From the NCBI GenBank assembly GCA_964247055.1, contig OZ176057.1, forward strand, positions 1,240,001 to 1,304,000: a DNA stretch of 64,000 nt. The letters are read 5' to 3'. The position numbers and the translations under genes were made by a program. Below the pieces are notes generated by a model that did no database searches, had not been told where the DNA came from, and saw only the letters and a list, made by a program, of their open reading frames with translations. Positions 1 through 12,900 of the stretch are shown here, piece after piece; position 1 is the first letter of the stretch; each line of letters opens with the position of its first letter. The DNA is from Paragordius varius. Lineage: Eukaryota; Animalia; Nematomorpha.

Positions 1-1060
1 GAAAAGTTTCTTTATCCAACTTTACTGAGGATGGTTATCGATATCATCCTAAGCCGCTTTATTTTCCTCCAACAAACCAATGTAATGGCGGTGCAGAGAG
101 ACCACATTCTCCTGACTGTCCATGCCTGCCATGAGAGTGCAGACTACTGCAGGGCCCGGGTCATTGAGGCAGGAAGCGAATCATAGAAAAAGTTCCCTTT
201 ATGTCGTTGCGTTTCAAACGATCCGCGTTGGCTTTGATCCATGCTCTGCGGCGACTCGTTAACACTTATTCCGTATATGAGTAAATTATTTAGTCCCCCC
301 AAATAACTAATCCTCGAGAAGCATGCGTTTGCCTGTTTTTGGAAGTGAGTTAACCAAGCACAGTGGCCCATTCGGATTGACCTATCAAGGGGCGCGGAGG
401 AATCCATGTTACTTGTAGCTCAGCGCAGATCAACAGATGATCTCTGTCTACGTCGTTGTAGATCAAACACATTCTTAACCATCGACAGGTCTTCCCTCCG
501 TATATAGACGAATTTGGGAAGGGCACATATTTCTTGCGATTCTTGTGCACGGACCATGTTGGCCCGGAAGAAAAGTGGTGCTAATCAGTAGATGTTGGTC
601 ATCACAAAAAGATGCAAGAAGTTTACCAGCCTTGGTCAAAGCAGTAAGAATGTGTCTCCCAATAGACCACGAAAATATGTTTCTTCCCAAGGTGCAGTTC
701 ACCAAATATTAGGAGGCGATTTCATGCCGGGACCAAATCTAGAATGGATCCTAAATCGTTCAAAATCAGCATACTCCGAGACATCATGTGGGCCGTAGGC
801 ACTAATAAGCGTATGTTTAGTATTAATTTTTATTTGGAGCTCGGCAAATCTATGAGAATGCGGCACAAAATTAATAACTCGTCCACCTTACCAAGAACCC
901 AACTCTTCCTTTGCTGCTAAAGAGAGTGAACGACCAATTTTTTGACGACCATCGAAGGTGCAGCGAGTTTCTTAAAGGCAAAGAATTGAAGGGGGTTATT
1001 TGAGCAAATCATTCTTACCTTCGCCAATTTTGTTTTGAATGCCAGGAATATTCCAAGAAC
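1..1060 (-). mobile_element. Decayed non-LTR retrotransposon, APE endonuclease region (runs off window start)
   Basis: Minus-strand translation across frameshifts gives AP-endonuclease motifs in the expected order: TLISAYGP, LIFGE(LH) (cf. IIGGDFN), GKLLASFCDDQHLLISTTF (cf. G.RLL.FC....L.I.NTFF), DVDRDHLLICAEL (cf. DSDH.L..A.L). GC is higher than the flanks; there are many stops. Boundary approximate. Confidence 0.7.
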
Positions 1061-1264
1061 CAAACTTGAGGAGATATGGGTAGATATATGAATACAGTAG
1101 TGAATAATAATAAAATTAAATAGATCGATGATGTTGGAATATAGTTGATTTTCATACTTTTTATTATGCAAACGGTTTAAAAACGCTTTAAGATATAACA
1201 CTTTTTCTAAATTTGATTATGCTAAACACAGAATTTTTTTTATATGAACATTAATTAATCAATA

Positions 1265-1762
1265 TATTTTCACCATTTTGTCCTAGTTTACATATTGGGG
1301 TAGTTTTATGTCTCACAGCCCAATGTTAATAAACTACAGTTTTGAAATTATCGAACACTGTTCTCATGTATTAAGTTAAAAAGTTTATATTTTTAACAGT
1401 TTTGTCTCTTCTAAAGTCTAAAAACAGTTCCAAAACTGATTGAAACGAACAGCTGATATTAAAATCAAAATATATCAAGTTTTTCTAATAATATGTAGGC
1501 AGAAAACTTTTTAAAACTTTTACATTTTCTAACCATAATAAACAATTATTTGCCTGTTGCATTAGCGATTAAAAAAAACATAGATAAAGATGGCGGCAAA
1601 AAGTTTGAGATGAGGGTTTTTTACAATTTTACATTTTAAAAAAATATTTTATAATGCGCCTTGAAGATTCAAGAGATCTATAATTCGGCTTGATACATCA
1701 AGTTCTTTTGAATCAAATTTTAAATCGCTCTGGCATATACCCCGGTAATGGAGTGTTTAAAA
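1265..1762 (+). mobile_element. Repeat family C, piggyBac-like non-autonomous element
   Basis: About 0.5 kb, with homologous copies at about 1990-2471(-), 20431-20905(-), 29428-29922(+), 36560-37118(-) and 43500-44085(-). Shared motifs include ttggggtagtttt near both ends, aacagctgatatt and gcggcaaaaagtttgagatgagg. The best-preserved ends read TTAA|CACT...AGTG|TTAA. Confidence 0.6.
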
Positions 1763-1989
1763 CTCAGCCAAATTAAAAGCAAACGAATTACTAAATTTTG
1801 AGGTAATGGAAATGTTTAATATCTTCTCGTTTTATAGAAAGAGTGTTTATTTAATATACTAAAGCGTAATCCGTTATCATGCTTCAAATTAATGTAAACC
1901 TCGCCCAAAATTTTGCTATAATATAATTTCGGAAAAATATTTTGATGTCAAAGTTTATCATGTTTTAAATTTATTATACGGCATTTACA

Positions 1990-2471
1990 CTTTTACTAAC
2001 ACTTTATGACCTGAGTAGTTTTATACCCAAGGCTAATTAAAAGTTAAATAATTTTTATTGGGCAAATAAAATTATATTTTCTTCACCTTTTCGCATGATA
2101 TAATTTTACCTGGGAATATAAAAAAAATTTCTATCTCAAACTATTTAGCCGTCATTTTTTTCTTTTAGTTTTTTATATCGCAATGCAACAGGAAAAACGT
2201 AATTGTTAAAAAATATAAATATATGCTTTAAAATGCTATTTGGCTACATTTTGAGCAAATACTTGCTGTTTATTGATTTTAAACAGCGGTCCGTTTCAAA
2301 TGTTCCGGAGCTATCCAAATTTTGGACTAGAAGTTATAAAACTGTTAAAATATATGCTTTTTTATCTAATAGAGGAAAAATGTTCAATAATTAAGTTTTT
2401 TCCTTTACTACTATAAGTAGAAGTAAAATATCCCCAAAATGTAGCAATATAAAAATATAATGAAGTGTTAA
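1990..2471 (-). mobile_element. Repeat family C, second copy, inverted relative to 1265-1762
   Basis: Reverse-complement homology to 1265-1762; termini taacacttt and gaagtgttaa. Confidence 0.55.
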
Positions 2472-2792
2472 AATGCCCATTTCAAACGGGCTCGAAGTTT
2501 TGAGACTTTGGGAGTTTATTGTTTCCCTTTTTAGTTGTGGATCATAATAATTAATAATATTTATTAATCAATTAGTTCATCAAAAAAATTGAAGTGCGCA
2601 TTTTTTACCATTTTCTGATATGGAGCAGTAGCAATCTTATTGAAATATTACCGTTTTTTTGCGTTTATTATAAAAGCATCCTATTTGATAGGTGCGACTT
2701 TTGGAGGCCAAGTTTAATAATCTAATAAAAATATTGTTTTGCCTCCTCTATATATTTTAACATATTACTAATTTCGACATTCACTATCAAGT

Positions 2793-5700
2793 ATGTTCGA
2801 TCACGGCTTGAATAATAATATGAATCCTAATGCAAAAAACTCAACTCCCATTAATCTAAACAATAAATTAGTTATTAATGGCCAGATCATTAAAAATCAA
2901 GAATTCGAATCCCTTTATCAAGTGGAAGCCTATTATTATTCCTGTATAACGCAGCTTAATACTATGTTACTTTCTTCGATGCATCAAATTTTGAAGGAAA
3001 ACCCTTCAGCAGATTTAAGTCCCAATCTAATGGATTACTTTAGGTATCATAACCAACTAAAACTGGATTTAAACATTAAATTTGTGCCCATTTTTGAGGA
3101 TATGATGTATACATCAAACAATTTTACCCAACACATGGCCAATAATGATGCTAAATTGAATGCATCCCTTCCTTTCTCAGCCAATCCATTTAATTCTGTA
3201 GGGGGAATTAATAAATCATCAGCCAATAACACAAACTCTCACGGTTTTTTGAACACCACTCCAGCTACCATTAAAATGGATCCGTCCGTTAATGATCAAC
3301 TCCTAGAAAACATTTGTGAACAATTACTTACCACTTCAGCAGCCAACTATTATTCATCTTCTGGACAACATAATTCCAGATCAACCCATCACCACCAAAA
3401 TGGATCATTTGGAAATTCTTTGAATAATATCGGTTTTGGAACGATTGAAACTAACAATAGTATGTTGGGAGGCCATACAGGTTCACATAATAACTGTAAT
3501 GTTAATATGTTGAGTAACTCTGCATTGATTGGATTATCATCAACAACTCTTCATGCAAATTCTTCGACGATTGATTCAAAACTTCAAATTCAAGCCTTGA
3601 CTAACATTGGAAAACGACTTGCACAAGAATCGGCCGCTAAAAACGGTAATTTTATTTTTTCTTAAAAAAATTATTTTTATCAGTAAGGAAAGTGAATTTG
3701 ATTTGTCCACAATCATATATGGTTGAATCGTGAAATAAATAAAGATTAGTTCTGTTAAATTAATATTTTCTTATAAAATTTGTCCTGAAATGATATAGTT
3801 GATTTTCCGAAATATGTTTCCATATAGAATCTTTTAAATGGAATTATTTGCCGTTCATAAATAATCGTCTGTCGTACGTAATTTATTTTAAAATGGCCGT
3901 AAATGTCATTTGTTACATATTATGTTGAAATTTGTTGCGTGATAAAATATATTTTTCCCGTTTTAAAGATTTTAGTTAATCTCTATAACTAATTGTCATC
4001 AAATAAAATTTTTTGATTTGATTATGTATATATTTTAATGGTAAAAAATTGAAAAGCGATATATATATTTGTTTTAATTGATTAAGTGATACTCTTAGAT
4101 TCGGCGGTTTCCAACGCAAATATCTTTGCGGACTCCATGATTTGCTGCTAAAAATCCCGCAAAGTGCATTCGAAAAATATATTGAACCCTAAACATAATA
4201 AAAATTGTAATTAAATTCAACTGTTAACTATTTTAACGATTTAATGTGCAAATCGAAAAGAATTATTTAGAAAATTTGTCAGTGAAATAATAATTTTTTT
4301 AATTTATGAGCATACATATATTGGGGAATTTTTTCATTTTTTCGCGGGCCGCTCATAATAACTCGGAGAGCGGCATATTGGATATCCCTGCATCCTGCTG
4401 TTATCTTCATTTAACTCTACGATTATTTCGGGGGTATTTCAAGTTTCTAAGTAAAGATGTGTGAAAAAATTTAAGAAGTCTACAAGTAGTTAAATATGAA
4501 AATAGGCGGTTAGGACTGTTTTTTTCTCGTATAATATTCATTTTTCTTTAACAAGTTGTGAATGAGAATTAATTTTTTTTCGCTTATAGAATCTCACAAA
4601 TCTAAGGGCGGCAAACCACTTAAATCAACAACGAGCTCCAAAAATAATTCTAGCAATAATCATATGAAAAACAATAACACTTCTTCTTTAAATCGCCAAT
4701 CAAACCAAAATATGAATCATGTTGGCACTGAACAATTTAACCACAAACGTGGTGGAAATCTTTACTCATACATAAAAACTGTGGACCAAAGCTACGATCT
4801 AAAGCGTCATAATAATTTGAGGTTTTAACTTAGTTTTTTACTTTTTTTCCATAATAAATAAAATTACCATCTCATTGAGTAAATTCAAATTTACATCTCT
4901 ATTCCCTTAAAACGATACATTTTTATAAATAAGGTTATCTTCGGGTTTAAAAAATATCAGTCCTTTAATTGTGCCCTAATAATCATAGTATTCTGCTTTT
5001 ATAAATTTTAAACTTTTGAATTTGTTTAATTTTTAGATATCATGCATCACATCGTTCAAAAACTATGGAAGGTGAAAAAGTGTATTATTGCTGCACTTAT
5101 ATCCGAGGGGCTAGGTGCCCTGCGCGCCTACTAGTTCTCTATGAACCCAATAACGGTATTCTTTAATTTATTTTACCAATATCCTTTTAAAAGATTTTAA
5201 ATTTTCCGAGTTTTAATTATATGCTCTAACTAATTCATGACTTATAACCAAATCTTATAACATGTCAGTAGCCATCAATAAGATTTTTCGTTTTATATAA
5301 TTTATATTTTCTAAATTGTGAAAGTGTTCAATTATAAAAATGCATCGAATAATTATAAAAACTCCTAATAGGAAACATAGATACAACGAATTAATTCTCT
5401 TTTAGCCATTTAAAATACCGATTAAAAGGCCATTATAAATATGTCTCTTTACTTTATATATTTCATTTTTATAAAATTGTAAATTTTGGTTATGTTTGTT
5501 AAAAATGGTTTCCTGCATTTTACATATTTTTATTATCAACAACAAAAACGATAGTGTGTATACATAGTTTCTATATTTATTTTTATTATGTTATGTATTT
5601 TTGAAAAAAGAGCAATTTTTTATACAAAAATATGTATATCAGTGTAACGATTATTAAATATACGGTATAAAAATATGTTTTTCCATGATAATAATTATAA

Positions 5701-7758
5701 AAAAAATCAAAGGTAGTATTGTTAATCATGGCAAAAAAAGGTTTAATTTTAACCATTTGTTGTTTGTTTCTATACCCTACTGTTATTTTCTTAAGTATAT
5801 ATGCGCACAGTGTAGCTTTTATTCTTGCGCACACATCGATTTTATACATGCGCACACTAATTTTGAACATGCGCACAAATAATTTTATACATGCGCACAA
5901 ATACTATTTTTTAATTTTTATTAGCTATATTTATGCTATTTTATATAGTTATGTATGTATGAGGTTTTGTGAATATAGAGATAGATAGATATTATTGTTT
6001 TTTGTTATATATATATATATATATATAAATTTCGGATAATTATTAAGCGTCTACGATGTTGTAAGGATATTAAGTTAAAAATTTGAAAAGGTTGACTTTA
6101 TTGGCCTTTACAAATGGCTGTAAGTCATACTATTTATTAATCTGGATTGAAAAAACGTTAGAGTAATAAGACCTATTATTAACCATTTCAGTATTCTAAT
6201 TGGATGAATGTGAATTTCAATTAATATATGTTTGTCATCATATATGAAATTTATTATTAATTATATATTTAATTGAACACTCTATTTTTTCCACAAACTT
6301 TCGAATATACACCTTATGCTCATTTATATTAGCCAATTCACATTTATTTTGACCAATTGGTAATACAGTAGCGTATGGGTTAAAACAACAACCGGCTGAA
6401 ATTAAACAATTGTTTCCTATTCCTTACAGCATTAAATTTGTTTATAAGTATACATTGCTAGAAAGTTATTTATTATTGCCAAATAGTAAATGAAACAAAG
6501 GGCAGTATTATGGCTTATAGTTATTTTTTAAACTTTTTACTATTATTATTAGCCAATATTGTATTTACTATTTGGCAATAATAATTAATAACTTTCTAGC
6601 AATGCATACTTTCTCATACTGTAAATAAAAATGAAAAATATTCTCATACATGCTAGCGAGCAGACGTGTAAATAAAACATACTCTTTTGGCCAATTAAAA
6701 TACCAAAATGGCTAATTTATCGTTACTTGTACAAGTGTTCACTAAATCATTTTGTTTGGTTTTTATTTTTCAAACCGTAGTTTGGACCAAAATATATGAT
6801 ATTAATTTTTAATAATTATTAAACTGATAATTGATTGAAAGTTTTTCATTCTTTCTGAAAACTTACAACAATATATTTTTATTAGCAAAAAATTTACCTA
6901 TTATAACCTGCTAAAAAATAATATTTTTTTGTGGAAGCTTCGAATTAAAATTCCTAAGTTTGACCAAAATAGACAATATTTTTTTATATCCTGAAAAAAT
7001 ATACTTTTTTTCGTTCGTAATTGCACTTCATGTTTCCGGATTATTCACATAAGAACTCTGAGATATTTTATAGTAATCCAATTTTTAATAAGCGTGATTA
7101 TTAAAAAATTATAGAGTGATTTTTAAGATTTTGTATTTCAAAAATCGAACCATCCGGAAAAACATTTATAATTAACTTAAAACTATGCGTAAAAGTCCGA
7201 GTATATTCCATTATTGTTGGACATTATGGTTTTTTATGTTTGCACCCCAATAAATTTACAGTAAAACTAGAAATATTTTTTTTAAAAAAAAATAATAATT
7301 TAATTTCAATTGTTATATAATCAGGTATTATAATAATTTACAGCACTTTGTAACTTAAAATTTGTATGTTATAGTTAGTTGTGGTTTAACTTTAAGCTAC
7401 AATATTGGCCTTTTAGTTTATATATATATATATATTCATATATAGCAATATCTCAAATTCAGCCTTGACTTTCTATTAACCCTTTAGTTTAAATTCATCC
7501 TCGAGCATCCTTTACATTAAATTAAATTGTGTGTAAATATATAACTGATCCCTAATATGAATTATTTATTTATGGCATATGTTATAATTTCCTGTATCAT
7601 GCTATAATTTTAAAAGAAATTACTTGGTTTAAACTATAAAATTATCTAGCTAATATTTCATATGCTAAAAAACACAAAATTTATTCGATAATGAATTTCA
7701 AATTGTTCAAGGATGATTTCGAATTGTTCAAGGGTGATTTCGAATTGTTCAAGGGTAA

Positions 7759-7812
<54 letters not shown>

Positions 7813-9347
7813 CATTTCAGGTAAAATCAAATTGTTCGAGAATGATTCACCACACGATCATACGCTGAGGAAATCATCTGGTCTGCACCCCGATATCAAG
7901 GCTCAAATTGATGCACTAGTTGCCCAACAGGGCGGGGCATTCAATGCCCAGGCCATATACAGAGCTTTAGTTGTCACGGGACAACCCAAACCTCGATACC
8001 TACAAATCTTGACTTACCTCCATAACAATCATAAGAAAAAAGTGTTTATATTGCAAATCGTTTTTTTGTTCATAAAACAGTTTTAATTAACCTTTATGTT
8101 CGATAAAAAGAATTACAAAAATGAAAAGTTTATTTTACAACGGTTGTTTTTTTTTTCAACAACATTTTGTCATAAAACAGTTGTTATAACAATAATGGAA
8201 GATGGTATAAACTATTTTTTAATCGGTATGGTTTAAATCGGAAAAATCATAATGTTTGCTTTTACAGTAAAAACTTAAATTATACGGATAAAACGTGAAA
8301 ATATAAAGACAAATATTTTTTTTGAAAAGATAACCATATTTGTTTAATCTTGATTTTTTTATATATAATTCATTGTTTCAAACTCTAAAGTGTAAAATAG
8401 AGATGTATATTGGTAACCCAATCAATTTATGTTTCGATCTATTGAAAGATTATAATAGGATAAATTAAGGTTTAAAAAAGTATGGTTGTCTTTAGAAAAA
8501 AAATTATCTTTATATTTTTATTTTCCGTATAATTTCAATATTTACTGTATTTTCAGCGGTTTTGACAATTTTTCAAAATTTCGTCATGAAACAAGTTTTC
8601 TATTAACTATAAATTTTTTTCGATTGGTATGAGTCTAATCCGAAAAAAATTATGAGATATCTACTATTCTTAACTTACCCTCATAAAAAGAAAACTCTAT
8701 TTTACAACAGTTTTTTGCATTAACTATAGGATATCATGTTATACATTAATTTATTTTCGATTGGTATGGGATTACAATACGAAAAAGCTTTTTTTAAAGT
8801 TGTTATCTCTTAAAACCATTAAAGAACTATGGAAAATTATGTTATAAACTTTTTAAGTCATTTCGATATTGATATGGTTTTAAACCCAATAAAAGATCAG
8901 ATCCATTTGCTTTTTATCATTCAACGGGTTTTTGTCAATTTTTTTACACAGTAATAATTACATAATAATAATTACCTTAAAATTTAAATATATTATATAT
9001 ATATATTTTTGCTCAATATTTTATATTTATGGATTTTAGTGTTAAATGGACATCCAGCCTCTCAGGTTCCCCTTAATTTGGCTTATGAAGAAAACTTGCA
9101 TGGTAAAAATCATGAAAATTCTACACCATATTCCACAAATGCCAACAATAATTCCAATCCAAATCAACATAATTTAAGTAGTAACAATAGTTTCCACAAT
9201 AATAATAATATATCTTTGTTGGAGAATACATTTAATTCTGTACTCTTTGGTTCTAAAAATATTTCAAATCGCATAGTATCAAATGAGTTGAACCAATCAC
9301 AATCTAATCATACCTCTGATCAAACTAACTCTATCTTAAATTTATGA
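2793..9347 (+). CDS. Spliced Asn/Ser-rich protein with a Nup50/Nup2-like central motif
   Basis: Phase-consistent exon model: 2793-3645, 4590-4821, 5037-5071, 9040-9347 (stop TGA). YYSCITQLNTMLLSSMHQILKENPSADLSPNLMDYFRY matches the spacing of the Nup50 conserved motif as I recall it (Y.....LN.........NP..DL(T/S)P....DY..Y). There are three scattered FG dipeptides. The first two exons are well supported; the later joins are less certain. Confidence 0.6.
4102..4390. mobile_element. Old hAT (Charlie-like) MITE remnant, intronic
   Basis: Ends cggcggtttccaa and ttggatatccctg resemble CAG..G.T.CCAA TIRs, with a subterminal gcgggccgc. No intact TSD. Confidence 0.35.
5105..5135 (+). mobile_element. 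Possible Helitron 3' terminus
   Basis: A GC-rich hairpin gggc-taggt-gccc followed about 11 nt later by CTAG|T. Confidence 0.3.
5802..5900. repeat. Five-unit tandem repeat with a TGCGCAC core
   Basis: TGCGCAC starts at 5802, 5826, 5849, 5870 and 5892 (spacing 21-24 bp). Confidence 0.8.
6453..6604. mobile_element. MITE family H, short palindromic, TA-flanked
   Basis: TIR cattgctagaaagttatt / aataactttctagcaatg; a second copy lies at 30145-30309. Confidence 0.7.
7565..7762. mobile_element. MITE family A, partial copy (right arm) abutting a (TA)n tract
   Basis: Three degenerate 21-bp units (gggtgatttcgaattgttcaa) running into (TA)n at about 7762-7810. Confidence 0.65.
7762..7810. repeat. (TA)n microsatellite
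   Basis: Uninterrupted TA dinucleotide run; it accounts for the YIYIYI stretch in ORF 7691..8086. Confidence 0.95.
7821..8045 (+). mobile_element. Possible MULE/Mutator transposase N-terminal fragment
   Basis: GC-rich open frame HDHTLRKSSGLHPDIKAQIDALV...AIYRALVVTGQPKPRYLQILTYLHN resembles the H.H + G+....K..I + helix-turn-helix (P...Q+..YL) region that precedes MULE DDE domains. Recognised from memory only. Confidence 0.35.
8265..8547. mobile_element. MITE family G, Tc1/mariner-like
   Basis: TA|CAGTAAA...TTTACTG|TA termini with long imperfect inverted arms. Related copies at about 19683-19870, 52088-52560 and 61954-62300. Confidence 0.7.
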
Positions 9348-10619
9348 CTATATATTTGATATTTTTTGACGACAAATTCATTTTTTTTTAAATTATAATA
9401 TTAATTATATTTTAAAATATCTTTAGATAATTATTTCTGTCAATTTTTATGTATTTATGCGAATTTATTTGTAATAGATTTACCCCAATCGTATGTTTTT
9501 ATGCATAGTTAGTTATAAACTATTTTATTATTTTAATGATTGTATACTTGAATTAAAATACTTTGATTGATTAGGTGCTTTGATAATTTACGAGTTTTTT
9601 CATACATTTGATGTCATATATTTCTAAAATTAGGACTCTTGGTTTAAATATATTAATTAAAGTGTGTGTGTTATACTGAGAAGAAATTCATAATTTATTA
9701 AACAAATTTTTATTTGAAAATTTCAAAAAAAAAATTCAACATCACGAATTTAATATTTTTTCCTTGACCAATAATTGATAAAAGCAAACTCGCCGCCTTA
9801 ATACATTTATTTCAAGAATAATTTAAACTAGTTTATCTTTATTGGCTTAAGGTCCGTAGTTGTCACCATTTAAAGAATAACATAATGAATGGGTCATATA
9901 CCCTATTTAAACGATATTATATTTGATTTATGATTTCTATTTTTACTTTTAAATTTTTAAACACACATAATATTTTTACTCAATAGTTTCAAATATGTAG
10001 ATTGCTATATAATGTTTTAACCTTATAAGCATATCATAATTATACTTTTGATTGATTTTTTTCCCATAGAAAAATTGCGAAATTATTAGCTTAAATTGTG
10101 CTAATATATTCTGGTGTAACGTGAGTGCTTTCCTAAAAAATAATTTTACTTTTATATTCAAATATAAATATATTGAGGATAATTCATAAAGTAATTTGTT
10201 GTAAACACTTTAAAATATATGTTAAATTAAAGATAAATATGTACGAGAAAGGACATATTGTAAAGATGTAATCAATGAAATTACCGCAGCTATACATAAA
10301 TCATGTAATTACTGATATATCACCGAGGCAACTTTTAAACAAAATAAAAAATACCACACATATCAAAAAAATTTACAATATTTAATTTTATAAATTACTG
10401 TAAATATCACTCTATCTATATAATATGATGTCAAACATTTCTATCACCTCAACATATTAAAATGTGTTTTTCGCGAAAAATCTAGTGAAATCACAATAAT
10501 TATTGATCAATAATATCCTTTTAGAAATGTTCAGGATGAATTTAGAATGATTCTTCTAATACTTTGTGTTTTTGCCGTTATGAATCAGGATAGTAGCATA
10601 TGAAATGTAAAATTTTTTG

Positions 10620-12125
10620 GAATGAATCATTTAGTATTTATCAATATTTTATTTTGTGATCCATAAATGTGGATTATTTTAAAACATTTAATAGTTATGA
10701 TCTCATAGGATTTTCAAAACGGTGCTCCATAGAATTTTCAAAACTGTGCATTCATACTAAGATATTGTTTACTAATGAGGCCCCAAATTGACGGTCAATG
10801 AAACCGCTATACTATAATTTTTACCTTATGGGTATTATTTAAAGCGTTTATTGAACTGTTATGGCTTCTTAAGTTTTTCAAAAGTTAGCTCCAAAACCAC
10901 GCCATTTTCGTATGGCGTCTCAGTTTTAAAACGGTAGAACCCCATATGTTTCCTGAAATTTGGCTCCAAAGGCGTTCTGTATCGATATGGTGGCGCAGTT
11001 GTAAACGGGTAGCTCCTTACTCAGAGGCCAATATAAAAAAGACGTTCGATAATTTTGCCTTTATAGGGGAATACCTGGAATCATCATTCATTCCATATGT
11101 TCTCAATAGTTTTTGGAAGAATTGCCTCAAAACTAAATAATAGGTTAATAATAGCGACATTTTTTAGGGCGTAAGGGGCCTAATTAACGGCTAATATTTA
11201 AAAACCCGACTTAAATTTTTGCCTTTTTACGGGTAATATTTCAGGCCCTTATTAAACTTATATGGTCTGATAAATTTTGTGAAACTCCTAAACAACGCAA
11301 TTTCGATATGGTTGCGCAGTTTTACTCCCTAACCAGAGGCTGATAGATAAAAGTCCTTGATTAAAATTTTTGCCTTTTTTCGGAGAATACGTGGAATCAT
11401 GATTGATTCTATATACATATGTTTTTGGATAAATTGCATTAACTGATACTTTATGGTGACGCATATTTTAGGGCGGGAAAGACCTAATTAACGGCTAATT
11501 TAAACCGCACAACCTGAGTTTTTGCCTTATTACGGGTAATATTTTCAGCACATATTGACTCATTGGCCTGCTAGGTTTTATATAACTTAACCCCAAAGGC
11601 ACGCTATTTCTATATAACGGGGCAGTTTTTAGCGGGTATCTCGTCACCCAGAAGATATAAAAAATGCACGACTAAATTTTTGCCTTTTAACAGCGAATGT
11701 CTGGAATCCTCATTCAATTTATACAGCATACATTGGGTGAATAGATTCAAAAAATTATTTTGTCGACATGGTTTTATAAAAAAAATGGCATTTTACGGGG
11801 GGAGCGGGTAAGAAGAGTGCCTAAATTAAAAAACGAGCCGACTATGTTGGGCGCAATCGAAAAAACGTAAAAAAAATATATTTGAAATCGAATGGACCAA
11901 CATGTTTTCCGGAAATCGTCTCAATGACACGATTTTTGTGGACGTGTTTTTTTCAAAAAAAACCCTCTTCACGGGGTGGGCCCGAACTGGGGGCCTAATT
12001 ATAAAAAGAAATTGTCGCAATCATTAATTTTTATATCTTTTTGACATTAGGGTTGAAATGGGTTTACAAATTTTCCGGAAACAGATCCCAAAGCCAGCAT
12101 TTTCCAATTTTATAAATATATAGAT
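10620..12125 (+). mobile_element. Repeat family E, Helitron-like (Lep1/HINE-type) non-autonomous element
   Basis: Homologous to 35330-36205 and 39350-39840 (gccgactatg..ggcgcaatcgaaaa; cacaaagccagcattttcc). All end in (a)tatagat. This copy has three internal repeats of about 315 bp near 10970, 11293 and 11599. The 5' boundary is uncertain. Confidence 0.55.
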
Positions 12126-12588
12126 GTGTGTGCAAATTTTTGTTATGGATTACTTATTATTACAAAAGTGTATATAACTTTCTCGAATCTTTCGTAAGGG
12201 CTAAAACCAAACATGATAATCCTAATACATTTTCAGATCAAAATATATATCATAGGCTTATTTTTTTATACACCCCGATTTTGTACTGTTATTTCCTTAA
12301 CGACGTTATAATTATGATAAGAAATGTTTTATAAAATTTAACTAGTGGGCCCAGTTTTTTCAATTGATATAATAAAACTACTGAAGAAGACTAATTTATA
12401 CTTCTATAGTCAAATATATATAAGCTAAATCTAAATAAAATTTAGATTTTTTAAAAAGATATTCAACAACTTCAATGCCATTTTGATTAATTTTTGATTC
12501 TAACGCTATTCGTTAAATTTTTTTTAAATATTTATTTAAAATTGATGTAAACATAAACAAGTGGTTTATCTTGCTTTTTTCTCTATTA

Positions 12589-12900
12589 ACACCGATTCGA
12601 ATTGGGGTATCTAAGTACCCCAGAGTATATTTAATGTTTTTAAAAATACACTGAAAGAAACGGTCTAATTAAAATTTATGCTTTTATCCTAATATAATTA
12701 TATGAACCGAAATATCCATATATAATTTAGTTTTAAAAAAAATTATATTTAACTAATGCGACGCCATTTTTATACGGGTTTTAAATAGGTATTATTAAGT
12801 TTTTTTGAATAAATATTTTTATATATTTTGGTTGATCAATGTTATATAATTGCAAATATTAATGGTTGAATTTAAGGCATGCTGCCACTAGATAATCGAC
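12589..12900 (+). mobile_element. MITE family D, piggyBac-like, partial
   Basis: Left end ttaacaccgattcgaattggggtatc matches 34493 and 44182; the right end is decayed. Confidence 0.55.

Noticed and set aside
5586-5988. Three overlapping short ORFs
   Set aside because: They arise from low-complexity and tandem TGCGCAC sequence, with no splice or homology support.
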